Of a stretch of 64,000 nt of DNA, positions 62,916-64,000 are shown in pieces. The first letter of the stretch is position 1; the number at the start of each line of letters is the position of its first letter. The notes under the pieces are model-generated. The model was not told the origin of the DNA and did not search any database. It saw only the letters and a program-made list of their open reading frames with translations. The position numbers and the translations under genes were made by a program. This DNA is from Squalus acanthias (lineage: Eukaryota), in contig CM059432.1 of NCBI GenBank assembly GCA_030390025.1, forward strand, positions 115,074,001 to 115,138,000. Direction: 5' to 3'.

Positions 62916-63634
62916 GAGCTGGATTTTGTCAATGGGGACGCGTTGGGGGCAGGACTGCTGGTTGTCAGGTTTCAGTCCCGCTCCCAACGACGTCCGGCCA
63001 ACCCACGCTATTTTCCCTTGATTGTCCTTGTTAAGCCCGCCCTGCGGGCTTAGCTGGCCAATTAAGGGAAAGCCAGTGACAGAGGACATCAGCGAATGAC
63101 GTTTCATCTGTTGAAAAATTTTGACAGGTGAATTGTCAGCATTTGACAGCTTTGAGAAGCTGTCAAACACTGACAATCTCTGTTCTATGGTGAGTCCTTG
63201 CACTGAAGGCACACCAAAACCTATATCCTCAGCAGAAATCAGATGGCTGCTGCATCTGAGAATGCAGCAGCCATTCGGTGATCCATCTCTGCCGTTGACA
63301 TGAGACACCTCCGGACCCCTAAGGGTTGAAGCCTGCAGAAAGACACAAAGGTAAGTAAACTTTTTCTAACATTTTACACTCACCTCTCATACTTACCTCT
63401 CCACACCTGCACCCATCACTCACCTCCACAGCGGACTGTTTGATCCCTCTCACCCCCGCAGACCCACTGCTCGCCTCATTGACCCTGGCGAGGTTCGCAG
63501 CCGTCGGGAAGCCCGCACTTGCAGGGGTAAAATGGGGATACGCCTCAAAACTGCCTGTTAACTACCAGTTTCTGCCATTTTCCCGGCAGTCCCACCTCCA
63601 TACCCGCCTCCCCAGGGCGGGCAAAATTCCCCCC
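62916..63634. mobile_element. Non-autonomous Harbinger-like element
   Basis: gagctggattttgtc.../...ggcaaaattcccccc ends; GC-rich subterminal regions; TSD unclear. Confidence 0.55.
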
Positions 63635-64000
63635 TTTATGTGTAAAAGTGAAAGCTTCCTATCTAGATGGAACATAGCAGAACAGCCCTAGCACAAGTTG
63701 GGGAAGGGAGAAAGAGGAAAGAGAGCGGTTGATCATGAATCAAAACTATATTTTTGGTCATGGCTTGGGCACAAATAATATTCGTCCCAGAACTTATGCC
63801 CTTACAGTATTATGGGGAGAAACATTTGGCTCTCTGCACCTTATTCATCGAAGTGAAACGTCTTGCTAATTCAATGTGACATTTTCATGCTCTGTAGCCA
63901 TTGACATTTTCTACATTGCTCAAATGCTTTCATCATGCTGGTGACACCATTATACCATTGACAAGTTGAAACTTACTCAACTGTGCCTCCCATTCATTTA

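Noticed and set aside
1..64000. Most ORFs in the six-frame track as host genes
   Set aside because: They are antisense or alternate frames of transposon relics, or short ORFs with no recognisable domain.

Overview
Repeat-dominated vertebrate genomic DNA, most likely cartilaginous fish (inferred from DeuSINE/SacSINE1-like SINEs and the CR1, L2 and Penelope families present). No host protein-coding gene can be supported. The main feature is a dense PIF/Harbinger landscape. Three full-length two-gene elements (2445-6803, 8922-13847, 36075-40357) each carry a DDE transposase and a convergent 3-exon Myb/SANT-like gene. The third keeps an open 408-aa transposase ORF. At least five non-autonomous derivatives with 3-bp TSDs are also present, one nested inside a transposase gene. 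Other content: many nested CR1 LINE relics, L2, RTE, a decayed Gypsy internal region, Tigger-like and hAT MITEs, and Penelope elements carrying three copies of a minimal hammerhead ribozyme motif. One APE-RT LINE has a tRNA-like Pol III/SINE head at its 5' end and no ORF1. Boundaries backed by TIRs/TSDs are exact; other boundaries are approximate.
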